DNA of 43,315 nt from Octopus bimaculoides (GCF_001194135.2 NC_068985.1:44890485-44933799); one strand, 5' to 3'. Shown: positions 28,111 through 40,560, numbered from the stretch's first letter. Translations and numbers: made by a program. Notes: generated from the sequence alone by a model not told the origin.

Positions 28111-28764
28111 CTGTTCGTTTGATAATTCTATTAGAAAGCATTTTATAATTTATACCAGTGTTTTGCAGTGTTAACGCAATTTCCATCTTTTACCAGAGCC
28201 AAGTCCCTATATTCATCTTATCTAAGACTAGGTACCAACAGAAAATGTGATCAATTCTTTCGTCCGCACTTCAATATATTCTTCTGTTTCTTAATGTTTT
28301 CTGATTCGTTGCATGATTCTTGTGCTGCAATCAAAATCCCTTCGGTTTCGGCTTTGAGAAACACTTCTCAGTGTTGCGATTTTCAACCATTTCTAAAGGA
28401 CTTATTTTAATTTCTAAAATACACTGATATTATCTCCTGTGAATCAGACTGTTAATTGTTTTATATTTTGAAATATTTACACGTCATATAAACACCAACC
28501 TGGTTTATCGAGTATAAATTTTGAAAATTTTAAACATATTAACAAATGTAGAGAAATGAAAGAATAATTTCTTTTTTTAATCTTACATGGTATTAGAAAC
28601 TGGATGAACTTTACAAGGATATGCGTGGAAATTAAATGTCACTTTTCAATTTATCTCCCTTTCTTTCTGTATGTGTGTGAGTGTGTTAAAGTATGCCTGT
28701 GTGTTAAAGTATACATGTATATATAAGTTGGCTCAGGGAGATTATAAGAAACGGAAGCGTGACC

Positions 28765-28922
28765 ACAAGGCCTGAAATTTGTGCGTAGGGGGCTAGTTGA
28801 CTACATTGACCACCAATGCTCATCTAGTACTTATTTTATCAAACCCGAACAGATGAAAGTCAAGGTCGACCTCGGAAGAATTTGAACTCATAACGTAAAG
28901 ACGAACGAAAGCCGATAAGCAG
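28765..28922 (-). mobile_element. SINE family B
   Basis: Reverse complement of the core: TACTTATTTTATCAAACCCGAACAGATGAAAGTCAAGGTCGACCTCGG. Confidence 0.82.
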
Positions 28923-28926
28923 ATTA

Positions 28927-29118
28927 AGAAGAAGAAGAAGAAGAAGAAGACGGAGGAGGAGGAGGAGAAGAAGAAGAAGGAGGAGGAGAAGAAGAAGGAG
29001 GATGAGGAGAAGAAGAAGGAGGAGGAGGAGGAGGAGGAGGAGAAGAAGGAGAAGAAGAAGAAGAAGAAGAAGAAGAAGAAGAAGAAGAAGAAGAAGAAGA
29101 AGAAGAAGAAGAAGAAGA
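28927..29118. repeat. (GAA)n/(GGA)n polypurine tract
   Basis: Directly visible. Confidence 0.95.
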
Positions 29119-30077
29119 TAACATAAAACAAATTAATTAAAAAATAGAGTTATTGGTAGTCTGAAATACGACCATTTTTTATGGAGCATTCCCAAAACGC
29201 TTATAAAATATTCGTCCCCTATAAACAAAATGAAATGAAATGTGTTATGTTGGTTTTATCCTCTTAGAAGCCATACAAGAATAAAGAAGATTGAAGACAT
29301 ACTAATGCCTTCACCGACAATCCCATTACAGTTTGTTGATGTTGTTCAGTGTAGGTGGCCATAATTGTATTGTTTCGCAAGTTGTTCATCGGTATGCTTT
29401 AACCCAATTGAATTGACAGCTTCGTGATCAAGAGATATAACATCCAAATTTAATTTTGTTTTTCTTGCCGGTCTTTTGTTTTTGAGTGGAGATGTATTAT
29501 TGTCGTTATTTTATTTTTATTCTTAACTCTTTGGGGGTAGAGATGAAGATAGAGAGAGGGGGTGGGGGAGAAAGTGAGAGAAAAGAATTGGAAGGCGTTA
29601 TACGCACACATCTTCGACTACCTCATTTCGTTCAAGACCATAAAACAAACATAAACATCGTAAGGAAGAAAAATGTAGCATGAAGCTTGGGTCATTGAAA
29701 GTTGAGTGAAATATAGGCGAAATCTTGGAAGATTTCAGCTGTGGTAGTCATTTCCATCACTGGTATTATTTATAGTCTCCGGGCGTATATATCGTCATTT
29801 AAAAAGATAGTACGATCAGAGTGTAGGCTTTTATGTGTTTCTATTTAATTGGTTGCTTGTCTTATTTTGTTTTGGTGATTCTGTTTTTATTAAAGAGTAC
29901 ATCCATGTTGATCAAGTAGACATACGGAAGAGACCGATCAGCCGACATGGAAACTCTTGTCACTTTTATCATCTCAGTTGTATGAAGTAACCAATTACTA
30001 TTTACCGCATTAACCTTTAGATCAACGCCATTCAGTTATTGCTGTTCTTGTTATGGTTGTTGTTGTTCTTACTGTCA

Positions 30078-30560
30078 TTGTTGTTTAAATTCAGGTCAGC
30101 CCCAATCGAACTGATTTGAGATAAAAACAATATGTCAGCCATAACTATCCTGCTTGTTTTGTATGTAAGGGAATACTACATTGTCCAATGTATATTTCCC
30201 TTTCAGATTAGAGTTATTATCGAAGGAGATTTGGCTACCATTTCTAGCTGGTTATGCGACCACATGGGAACATCTTCCTTGTTGTTTAGTTCCACCTAGA
30301 CAAGCAAATCTATGTCTATGACCAAAGCATTCCCGTTGTGACCATCCCGTCAACTTTTACAAGAGTGTCTATTTCATTGTCCAATGTATTTTACCCTCCA
30401 TTAAGAAAATATTTCAGTTGTTTCTAAAAGAGTAGGTGACCTTCTAGAGGTCCCTTTGCTTGCTTTTTTTTTTTCGCTTTAACTACGGGTCAACCCTAAT
30501 CGAGTAGGCTTACAATGAAAGGAATTTCAATAACTGCGACGCTGACCAATGTTTTCGACG
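30078..30560 (+). repeat. Diverged ~196-bp tandem units of a dispersed repeat
   Basis: CATTGTCCAATGTAT at 30179 and 30375; related unit starts at 30081, 30282 and 30475; a short relative near 1455-1475. Confidence 0.55.
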
Positions 30561-30561
30561 T

Positions 30562-30668
30562 TATGTTAAGAACCGCTAAGTTAAGGGGACGTAAACACAC
30601 CAACATCGGTTGTCAAGTGATGGTGGGGGAGTGGACAAACAGGCACAAACACACAAGCACAAATACAC

Positions 30669-30705
<37 letters not shown>

Positions 30706-31100
30706 NNNNNNNNNNNNNNNNNNNNNNNNNNNNNNNNNNNNNNNNNNNNNNNNNNNNNNNNNNNNNNNNNNNNNNNNNNNNNNNNNNNNNNNNNNNNNNN
30801 NNNNNNNNNNNNNNNNNNNNNNNNNNNNNNNNNNNNNNNNNNNNNNNNNNNNNNNNNNNNNNNNNNNNNNNNNNNNNNNNNNNNNNNNNNNNNNNNNNNN
30901 NNNNNNNNNNNNNNNNNNNNNNNNNNNNTATATATACGACGGGATTCTTTCAGTGTCCGTCTACCAAATCCACTCATAAGGCTTTAATCGGCACGTGGCT
31001 ATAGCAGAAAACACTTGCTCAAGCTGGCACGCAGGGGAACTGAATCCGGAACCATGTGGTTGAGAAGCAAGATTCTTAAACACAGAGCCACTCCTGCACC
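30562..31100 (-). mobile_element. SINE family A, gap inside
   Basis: AACCGCTAAGTTAAGGGGACGTAAACACACC...; after the gap GACGGGATTCTTTCAGTGTCCGTCTACCAAATCCACTCA...CCACTCCTGCACC. Confidence 0.88.
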
Positions 31101-31734
31101 TATGAAATATTTGTTAAAGTTAATGAAGAGATTCTCATCGAAACCTCAAAGAATAACTCGATCAATAACTCTTCATTATTTTAGGAAGAGAAGATCACAA
31201 TAAAGAAAGTATTATGTGAATACCATTTTGATCGGCTGCTGAAGCAGACTATACAAAGGCAGAAATAAATGAGATAGAGACTCTTCACATACGTCAATTG
31301 CAATTGTTTGCGTGGGCTACCAAAGTCGCCATCAGTGGAAACAATTAGCAATCACAACAACAATTAAAGAGACATCTTCAAGGAAATTTTATCAAACTTG
31401 TATCCAAATGCTTTTTGGATACTTCCATTTAAGAAAGGGTTTAAATCAAAGAAATTTTTATTGTATTTATTCTGTAAAATAATACTTAATTAGTTTGAAT
31501 GTACACAAATGCATAAAAATAGTTTTTAATTCCATTAGACATTCTAAAATACTATTAAATTTCATTCAATTTTAAAAAAGGTAAAATCGGACAGAACTTA
31601 TGGGATGACCTGATGATAAAGCAGTCGTTTCCTTATAACATACTAACAATCATGTGGAAATTATGGTCAACATCTTGCTGTTTGTAATTACGTTTTTCAA
31701 CAAATTCTCTTTTATCTTTCATCTTTTAACTTTT

Positions 31735-31915
31735 ACTCGTTTTAGTCATTGGACTGCAGCCATTTCAGGGCATTGTTTTGAAGGGCTTAATCGAACACAT
31801 CGAACTTACATTTTAAAAGTCTGGTTGTTATTCTATCGGTCTTTTAGGCGGAACCGCTAACTTACCGAGACGTAAATAAATCAACACTTGTTACTAAGCG
31901 ATAGTCGGTGATAAA
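31735..31915 (-). mobile_element. SINE family A, 3' fragment
   Basis: TTTAGTCATTGGACTGCAGCCAT...TTCTATCGGTCTTTT.GGCGGAACCGCTAA, homologous to 1716-1890. Confidence 0.75.
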
Positions 31916-32539
31916 CGCGCGCGCGCGCGCACACACACATATCGTTTAAATTCGTTTACGGGAATGTTTCTGTGTATGCGCATATATGCTCCTGTGCTAT
32001 TATGCTGGCTATTGCCTAGTAGTTCCAACTTTCAGCAGCAATTTTATGGGACATTACAGAACTGCGCTGATATAACATAGGATAACTATAGTAATAATAA
32101 TAGTAATAAAAATAATAAATGATAATAATAATCCACAGACGGAATTTCATAAAAGTTTTAATACATCGCATTAAAAAATTTATGAATTTCCATCCTTGGC
32201 GTTTAGATGCATGCGGAAGAAGTCAGTCATTTTACTACAATTCTTAAGAACTCAACCGTCAGTTAAATACATTTTGAGATCTGATGATTACTACGAATGA
32301 ATATAAAAGCGCTAATTGAATTTTATGAACATTACAAAATATTTTTTAATGTTAACATTCTTCAACATTGTAAAAAAAGTTTTTTTTAAATACAATAATA
32401 GAAAACGTAAAAATCAGGTTATGTTTTAACTTTATACAAATGATATATTATTGTATATACATTTACACAAATTCTGAAAAAATATGAATACAAATACACA
32501 CACACACACACATACACATATATATGTGTGTGTATATAC

Positions 32540-32574
<35 letters not shown>

Positions 32575-32580
<6 letters not shown>

Positions 32581-32698
32581 TACCAAATCCACTTACAAGG
32601 CTTTGGCCGACGCAAGACTATGGCAGAAGACCGTTGCTCAAGGTGCCACGTGATGAGACTGAACCTGAAACTATGTGATTCTTACCACACGGCCACTG
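32575..32698 (-). mobile_element. SINE family A, 5' fragment
   Basis: TCCGTCTACCAAATCCACTTACAAGGCTTTGG...CTCAAGGTGCCACG. Confidence 0.82.
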
Positions 32699-32910
32699 TC
32701 AGTTAAATACTGCGAGATATCTTAACTTCCTATGCCTCTTTGCTGCACTGTAAGTTAATTTTTAAGAGTTTCTTATTCACTTTTGCATTGATTAAAGAAA
32801 AAGCAAAGTATTTTTCATCCTGGCAAGTCAACTGGGAACCATATATTAACAAGTCATGGAATCATTGATGAAATACTGCATTGTAATCTTGAAACGGTAC
32901 TAATATTTAT

Positions 32911-33080
32911 GGTAGTGAACTGGTGGAACCGCTAGAATGCTTAGCGGCATCTCGTCCCTCTTTACGTTTTGAGTTTAAAATTCCACCGCGATCGATAAAA
33001 TAAGTAGCAGCTGAATACTGCGGTCGATGTCATAGGCTGAACCCTTCCCCCGAAATTGCTGACCTTGTAGTAAAATTTAA
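32911..33080 (+). mobile_element. SINE family B with deletions
   Basis: ATGCTTAGCGGCATCTCGTC, TCGATAAAATAAGTAGCAG. Confidence 0.75.
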
Positions 33081-33084
33081 TACC

Positions 33085-33380
33085 ACTCTTCGTGGACTTT
33101 AAAAAGTTTTTCAGTTATAATCACAGCAAAAATACGTGAGATATCGCATCTGCATGATATGCCTCTTCAGATACTTGTTGTCATTAAAGTACATAAGACA
33201 GGTACAAAACCTATGATTTTTACCCCTGAAGGTGAAACAAAGAACTTTGATGTATTTGCTGGAACTCTTCAATGTAGCATTTTACTGTACTTCATTTCAA
33301 CTATTGTTCTTGATTTTGAACTCCGAACATTCGTGAATACAATAAACACTGAAAGTCTTCTAGTTATTCTAAGGTATTGC
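33085..33380 (+). mobile_element. RTE-type LINE reverse transcriptase fragment
   Basis: LFVDFKK.F then TPEGETKNFDVFAGTLQ..IVLDFELR, matching RT domains 3-4 (FIDFKKAFD; TPDGET..F.I.AGVLQGD..IVLDY.LR). Confidence 0.65.
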
Positions 33381-34209
33381 TAATTCCTTGTATATTGCAG
33401 AATATCAACTAATCCATATATCCCTCTCCCTCTCTTCCTCTCTCTCTATCTCTATCTCTTTTTCTAGATAGTAGCAAACTGAACAGGGCTTTAAAAAGAA
33501 AGCACCCAGAATAAGTGCATCAAAACTACCAGACTGATCAAACTTATTTCCTGAATGTTTCATATGAAATCGCTAAAGGACTTCTTTCAGAAGGATGTAT
33601 CTAGCAAAATTACATACAATTGAATTCGAAGAGAGAAAGTTATTTTCATTTGTACATATGTTGATAATCTTGGTTCAGTAAGATAAATCTCACAAAGTAG
33701 ATGATTTTAGTAATAAATCCGAAGTGTTGAGAAAATATTTGAAATGCAATTTGGACGGTTCTTGTAAAAATCGCCATCCCAAAGATGTTTATCATTTTCT
33801 TGAGTTTGTAACAGAAAGTTTAGATCAATGAGTTCTGGATGTTACATCTACGAGACTAATTGCTTTGTTCTAAACGAGTTATATACCTCACTCCAATTTC
33901 TGTTGGCCTGCATATTGGTATGAATATTGTAATAGTATGGATATTGCGCTGTTGAAATATTTCGAGGTCTTTTGCAAAATGATTTATCAACTGAGGAAAA
34001 TAAAAGGTACTTCTTGGCAGCTTCCAATAGGTGTTTCCTATTTGGCTTGAGTGCAATAGTGGTGTTTCTGTATCTCATTCTTCATTTTTAGAGTGATGAA
34101 GCTGAAACTTACCATGAGTATGTGACTAAAAAATTATGAGAACTGAAATTGGGTTCATTTTGTACATCAGCTTGATAAACAGAAACAAGTAACTTCTAGT
34201 GGCCAATCT

Positions 34210-34398
34210 TCGAAATGCTTAGTGGCATTTCGTTCGTCTTTACGCTCTGAGTTCAAATTCTGCCGTGATCGACATTGCCTTTCATCTTTTCTAGGGTCGA
34301 TAAAATATGAACCAGCTTGCCACTGGGGTTGATGTAATCGACTTACCAATTCCCTCTAATTTGTTGACCTTGTGCCAAAATTTCAATCCAATATTAAT
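34210..34398 (+). mobile_element. SINE family B, 5'-truncated
   Basis: GAGTTCAAATTCTGCC, GCCTTTCATCTTTTCTAGGGTCGATAAAAT, CACTGGGGTTGATGTAATCGACTTACC. Confidence 0.85.
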
Positions 34399-35759
34399 CT
34401 TCCAGATGGTTATATTATACGCGAAATAAAATAAAAAAGAAATCTTTTGGCAGTTCATTGTATTCTGAAAAGTTCTCTGCTTGAACAATACTGTCCCTCA
34501 CCAATGATGTTGATCCTAAGAATGAAGAAAAATTAACATATTCCTGGAAGAAACAGTTACTTATAAAAGCAATAACCCTTGCAATGAGAAATACCATCTG
34601 TGCAATTATTCAATAGGGTTCCTAACAGCTGCAACTTCAGTGGAGTGCCGTCTCTCCCCAATACGTTGACCCCGAAAAAGTGGTATGTTGTTATGTTATT
34701 GCGAAATTTAAATAATGTTAATGGAATTTCTAATAGCATAAGAATTTATTTACATAACCTATTTATGTGAGCGAATGATAGAAGTCCACATTATTACAGA
34801 ATGGAAACGTCATTGCCGCAAGAATTAAACTAAAACCTTCTCACAAAAATTCTTCCATTCTCTCTCTACGCAATTACAATTTTCAGTTCGCGTAGCTTTC
34901 GCAATGACAGCCAATAAATCTCATTGCCAATCATTGAATGATATAACAGGCCCAGAAATGGATTACTGAGGTTCCTGATTTCAAACTGAGTAAAATAGAT
35001 CTGTTTGCACATTTTCTGTATTTGTGCATATAGACTATTATATGTTGTTCAGTCTCGAATTAGTGATACAGTATTCTTCTCATATTTGGACATTTGTGAT
35101 AAAACGTCTTTAACATCTACTGTACACCATCTTAATACTTGCTTCAAATAAATGTATATGCATATGTATATGTATTAGCGTTTAATTATTTTTCATCCTC
35201 CTCCTCCTCCTCCTCCACCCNNNNNNNNNNNNNNNNNNNNNCTCCTCCTCCTCCTCCTCCTACTCATCATCATCATCATCAACATCATCATCATCAATAA
35301 TGATAGCTGCTAGCTAACAAACTGATAGCAGATACGCTCGTGTGGATTGATATTATTCTTAAAAAATAGTTGTATACTGCCAGTAATGACAGACTATCGG
35401 ACTATAATAAGACTTAAAGTATATAATTTCCTCCTTCGGCTTTCTAATTTCATTTAGGATCAAATTTGTATTCATTTTACCCTTCTAAAATATCAATAAG
35501 ATAACAAAAATAATATTGATTTAGTCAAATATGATACTTTTAAGAGTCTGGTGTATAGACAATACTGAGGTGAGTGGCCTGCAAAGTAGATAAAAATATG
35601 AAAGGGTCTCATGAGGATATTGTAATTCATTGAAAAGATTTAAGAGAAGTATTAACGCTATTCGTAGCGAAAGTCTTTAATATTAAAAAAACCAAAAACC
35701 AAAAACAAACAAACAACTTCGTAATTTCCAATCACTTGTTTCCTGAAAGAAACCAGTCG

Positions 35760-35792
<33 letters not shown>

Positions 35793-35796
<4 letters not shown>

Positions 35797-36072
35797 CAAT
35801 TAACAGGGTAAAGGTTTATCAATTTATTAATTTATTAATAAATTAACAATTAATAATTTTTTACCTAGCCCTTCGGTGAGTAAACACCATTATTGGTGGA
35901 GAACTCATTTAAAAGTTCTTATACATTTATAAACATAATTAAGGGATCAGCAAAACAGTTGCTTCACCACATACCGAAGTTCAGAAATAGCAGCCAAAAT
36001 GCTGAGATTCCAACAGATAGCATTACTTGTAACTCACAAAGGCAAAACAAGAAGAAAGAACAATGAAAATTA
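35793..36072 (-). mobile_element. Second copy of the 20.3-20.9 kb Penelope-like element, running into a gap
   Basis: Colinear with 20345-20622 at high identity; starts immediately after (TA)n. Confidence 0.85.
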
Positions 36073-36712
36073 NNNNNNNNNNNNNNNNNNNNNNNNNNNN
36101 NNNNNNNNNNNNNNNNNNNNNNNNNNNNNNNNNNNNNNNNNNNNNNNNNNNNNNNNNNNNNNNNNNNNNNNNNNNNNNNNNNNNNNNNNNNNNNNNNNNN
36201 NNNNNNNNNNNNNNNNNNNNNNNNNNNNNNNNNNNNNNNNNNNNNNNNNNNNNNNNNNNNNNNNNNNNNNNNNNNNNNNNNNNNNNNNNNNNNNNNNNNN
36301 NNNNNNNNNNNNNNNNNNNNNNNNNNNNNNNNNNNNNNNNNNNNNNNNNNNNNNNNNNNNNNNNNNNNNNNNNNNNNNNNNNNNNNNNNNNNNNNNNNNN
36401 NNNNNNNNNNNNNNNNNNNNNNNNNNNNNNNNNNNNNNNNNNNNNNNNNNNNNNNNNNNNNNNNNNNNNNNNNNNNNNNNNNNNNNNNNNNNNNNNNNNN
36501 NNNNNNNNNNNNNNNNNNNNNNNNNNNNNNNNNNNNNNNNNNNNNNNNNNNNNNNNNNNNNNNNNNNNNNNNNNNNNNNNNNNNNNNNNNNNNNNNNNNN
36601 NNNNNNNNNNNNNNNNNNNNNNNNNNNNNNNNNNNNNNNNNNNNNNNNNNNNNNNNNNNNNNNNNNNNNNNNNNNTCTATCCTTGTTTCTCTCCTTGATT
36701 CTTTCTGCGTTC

Positions 36713-36748
36713 CTTTCTGTGGAAGAGCCTAGGCACGAAACGCTAAAG
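36713..36748 (+). ncRNA. Degenerate minimal type I hammerhead-like motif
   Basis: CUUU-CUGUGGA-A-GAGC-CUAG-GCAC-GAAA-CGC-UA^AAG: helix I CUUU/AAAG overlaps the cleavage-site A; the core and helices II/III carry mismatches. Confidence 0.4.
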
Positions 36749-36799
36749 ACTTTTCACTTTCCGAGCGTTAAACTAATACATCTATTTGTTTTCTACACC

Positions 36800-37045
36800 A
36801 CCTGAAAAGCAAAGTCGAATTTGAACTCAGAACGTAAAGAAAGACGAAATACCGCTAAGTATTTTGCCCGGCGTGCTAACGTTTGTTATTTTTTTTATTG
36901 CTCACAAGGGTCTAAACATAGAGGGGACAAACAAGGACAGACAAAGAGGTTAAGTCGATTACATCAACCCCAGTGCGTAACTGGTACTTATTTAATCGAC
37001 CCCGAAAGGATGAAAGGCAAAGTCGACCTCGGCGGAATTTGAATC
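36800..37045 (-). mobile_element. Two adjacent SINE family B fragments
   Basis: A head fragment at 36800-36882 and a core/tail fragment at 36895-37045 (TCGACCCCGAAAGGATGAAAGGCAAAGTCGACCTCGGCGGAATTTGAA). Confidence 0.85.
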
Positions 37046-37529
37046 ATGATGTCCAGATTATGAAAGTTAACTACCGATGTAATTTATCTAACAAACAAAA
37101 AAAATATTAATGAAGAGTTGTAGGTCGTCGCTGTTTAACCCTAGGCCAACCAACAACCTACAACTGCCTAATACCACTGTTATTAATGCATCTTTGGATG
37201 TAGGTAATAGTTGAGTGATAAAGGTTGAGATATATAAATGATGGAGGTTGTGTAAATGTATAAATGATGGTAGTGTTGCTAACGTATGTGTTGTTGTCCT
37301 AAAGATGGTGGTAGTGGTCGTGCCATTGCTGGTTTGATAATGGTAATGGTATTGATTGTGATTGTGGTTTTGATGATAGTATCATTGCGGAGATGTTGAT
37401 GATGGCACTGGTGATAATTGTGGTAATGCTTGTGCTACAGTTGGTAGCGTAGATATGAAGGTGATAGTATGTTGGTGTGATGATGATGATGTTGGTGATA
37501 GTAGTGATAGTTTCATTATTATTATTATT

Positions 37530-38001
37530 ATTATTATTGAGTGAGAGAGCAGTGCATGCCATCAAAATGACACTGGGGTAAAATATACAAAGCCCATTAT
37601 ACCCATCATGACCACCCGTCTGATAAGGGTACACTAGTCACATGCATCACAACCACATGTGCGTGACGTGGTGATCTCATATCAAGATAAACAGCGCATG
37701 ACCTCGCAGGTGGGGCCCAGTTAGAATTTTCTTCAGGTCGAGTAGCCCATCCCGCTCAAAAGGTCCCTGAATAAGGGGTGTTTAAGGATGTTGAGCAAAG
37801 CACCCATGTTTCCAAAGGTGAATTATTCAAACTCCAAAGAATTCCTCTCAACACATGGCTATGATGCTCGTCCACTACTTCTGCTCATGATTAAAGATGC
37901 ACATATTATCAGCCACAAAGGGACATGATCAACTGGTTAAAGTCAAACAACTGACAAGCAAATCTTTGGTATTAAGCAGATTATTTGCTGTAGCCCATCT
38001 T
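37530..38001 (-). mobile_element. Non-coding interspersed repeat with (TAA)n tail (SINE-like or non-autonomous LINE derivative)
   Basis: Abuts (ATT)n at 37497-37530 and shows an abrupt composition change. I recall it as an abundant octopus repeat, but cannot verify this within the window. Confidence 0.45.
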
Positions 38002-38110
38002 AACGAAATGTTAGCGCCAAGCAGTGTTTAGGCATAAGCAAAATTTAGATTAGTTAAAATATTTTTGTGATATATTTGAACTGCTAAAAGGCAAATATAT
38101 TGCAGCTACG

Positions 38111-38382
38111 TTATGGTTAAAAGGTGTGAAACACCAAGTTCTTTTCAGTGTCACCATCTATCAGGAATCCCAGACATCGATGTTTCGAGTTCATTGACTC
38201 TCGTCAATCGGGTGTACTTAAGAGAGGCAACTCTGAAGAAATTTATAAAGCTGGCGGTAACATTTCGTTATTTTCCTCGTTCGGGCGATCTACCAGTGCA
38301 AATCAATCGATGTCGTTGACTAAATTTTACATAAGATGGCGATGCTGAACAAACCGGGAGTTTTCACACCTTTTACCACAAG
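38111..38382. mobile_element. ~270-bp MITE/fold-back with ~65-bp imperfect TIRs
   Basis: TAAAAGGTGTGAAA (38118-38131) is perfectly inverted at 38362-38375; similarity continues inward to GACATCGAT/ATCGATGTC. Confidence 0.65.
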
Positions 38383-38442
38383 AGAGATATTTTCTTCACG
38401 GTAACTGCAGTATAATATTATTGTTATCATTATTATTATTGA

Positions 38443-38782
38443 AGGCGGAGCTATTGTTTTCAGTCGTGTTTGTTTGTCCGTGGACAAGATATCTCAAGAA
38501 ACCTTGGATGGATTTGGATGAAACTTTCAGGAATGTTTGGGCTTGTGACTGTCACGAACTGATTAGATTTTGGGATCGATCCGACACCAAACAAGCATTC
38601 TGGATGATTTTTACCTGTTTTCTTTTTACTTCATTTTTGAAAGTGATCAGGTTCATTTTTAGTATTCTCATTTGTGAGAGCAGTCGAAGTTATTTCAGAT
38701 ATTCTCATTTTAAAAATCATTGGTTAATCGTTGAGATGACGTTTGTGTTATCTTGGCTAAGGTCTGCGCTCTCTGAGTGCGA

Positions 38783-38783
<1 letters not shown>
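38443..38783 (+). mobile_element. Helentron-associated non-autonomous element (HINE-like) within (ATT)n
   Basis: 5' AAGGCGGAG-TATTGTTTTCAGTCGTGTTTGTTTGTCC; GGATGGATTTGGATGAAACTTTCAGG; 3' CTTGGCTAAGG plus hairpin GCGCTCTCTGAGTGC. This architecture matches HINEs. Confidence 0.65.
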
Positions 38784-38858
<75 letters not shown>

Positions 38859-39109
38859 GCTGATATATTTTAGCAGTAGTGATACTGTGATAAGTGTCTT
38901 AGTTTTGTTGCTCGGGATTCATGGTAATGTACGCTGAAGTGCATTTATATATGCTAATTTATACATTATGCATATGTATTAGGTATGACAACGCGTAATA
39001 TATCACCTATAAACAAAGTACACTAATATATGTATCGTCGTACATAATGAATGCTAATGTATGTTTGTGTTGATGGTTGAGTTGCTGTGAAAGAGAAGTT
39101 GACAATGGT

Positions 39110-39154
39110 TGCTGTTGTAGTGGTGGTGGCAGCAGCAGCAGCAGCAGTAGCAGC

Positions 39155-39204
<50 letters not shown>

Positions 39205-39780
39205 ATGCAGTATCAGTGGTAGCAGCAGCAGCAGCAGTGATTTAACGATAGTCGTAGTAACGGCTGTAGAGAAAGATGAAACTTGGTGGTTTGGTATTGA
39301 TGATAGCAGAGTCGGGGTGATGGTGATTGCCATAGAAGTATTATTAGTGGAAGTGGTGGTGATGGTTTGTTTTTGGTGGTGGTTAGGGTAGTGGTATTGT
39401 TTTTGATGGTGGTTTTTAGAAGTGGTGGTGGTGGTGGTGGTGGTGNNNNNNNNNNNNNNNNNNNNNNNNNNNNNNNNNNNNNNNNNNNNNNNNNNNNNNN
39501 NNNNNNNNNNNNNNNNNNNNNNNNNNNNNNNNNNNNNNNNNNNNNNNNNNNNNNNNNNNNNNNNNNNNNNNNNNNNNNNNNNNNNNNNNNNNNNNNNNNN
39601 NNNNNNNNNNNNNNNNNNNNNNNNNNNNNNNNNNNNNNNNNNNNNNNNNNNNNNNNNNNNNNNNNNNNNNNNNNNNNNNNNNNNNNNNNNNNNNNNNNNN
39701 NNNNNNNNNNNNNNGTGGTGGTGGTGGTGGTGGTGGTTGTGGTGGTGGTGGTGGTGGTGGTGGTGGTGGTGGAAGTAATA
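39110..39780. repeat. (GCA/GTA/GTG)n trinucleotide tract with gap
   Basis: Directly visible. Confidence 0.95.
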
Positions 39781-40169
39781 ACAATTATACTGATGTTGGC
39801 AGTTCTATTGGCTGCTTTGGCTCTGGTGATAGTTGTTGTGTCGGTGTAAGAGCTATTAGTGGTGTAGGAGATACTGCTGCTATAATAGTGTAAGTGATAA
39901 ATGGAGGCACGTTTCGATGAAAAGGGACAGCTCTCAATATAAGGTACAGAGAGATGTAAGGGTGTTTCGTGCCTCTGGAAGAGTGGTGGTGGCGGTGAGC
40001 GGGGCAGGGAAATATAAGCAAGAGGGGTAGTTGGAACAAAAGTAAGGAAGTGTAAAGAGAGGGATTTTGAAGGGACAACTTAATTCTTTTTGGCGTTGAT
40101 TATGCAAATGATTTCTGGATAGAAATAGAAAGATTATCTTCAGTAAATCTCTTTCCATTCACCCTCAAT

Positions 40170-40377
40170 TCTCTCTGTCTCTGTTTGTCTGTCTCTCTCT
40201 TTCTCTCTCTCATTGTCTCTTTATTTTTCTTTCTCTCTCTCACTGTCTCTTTATTTCTCTTTCTCTCGTACAGTCTCTTTCTCCTTTTTCTTCTCATCCT
40301 GTGAGGTAATACTGTAAAAGAAGCAGAAAAATGTACATTACATGGCAGAACAGTTCTAAACAAAGAACATGAAGAGA

Positions 40378-40451
<74 letters not shown>

Positions 40452-40560
40452 AGAGAGAGAAAGAAAGAAAACATGATAGAATGCGTGAGTACGAGATAAA
40501 TTCAAATATCTCTCTCTTTCCCTCTCTCTTCTCTCTCACTCTCTTGGGGAGAGGGTTTTT
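40170..40560. repeat. (CT)n-rich, (GA)n and (CT)n tracts, including a 30-bp tandem duplication
   Basis: TTCTCTCTCTCA.TGTCTCTTTATTT.TCT x2 at about 40201-40260; (GA)n at 40380-40460. Confidence 0.9.

Noticed and set aside
32258-32710. 13-bp direct repeat GTCAGTTAAATAC as a TSD
   Set aside because: The enclosed sequence is not one coherent element.
33690-33830. KCNLDGSCKNRHPKD, CCCH/LINE ORF1-like
   Set aside because: Short and bounded by stops, with no corroborating domain.
34100-34130. Minus-strand ATG|GTAAGT donor
   Set aside because: No convincing exon body or upstream context.
34600-34680. Minus-strand YWGETALH, ankyrin-like
   Set aside because: Immediately followed by stops; a 6-residue match is expected by chance.
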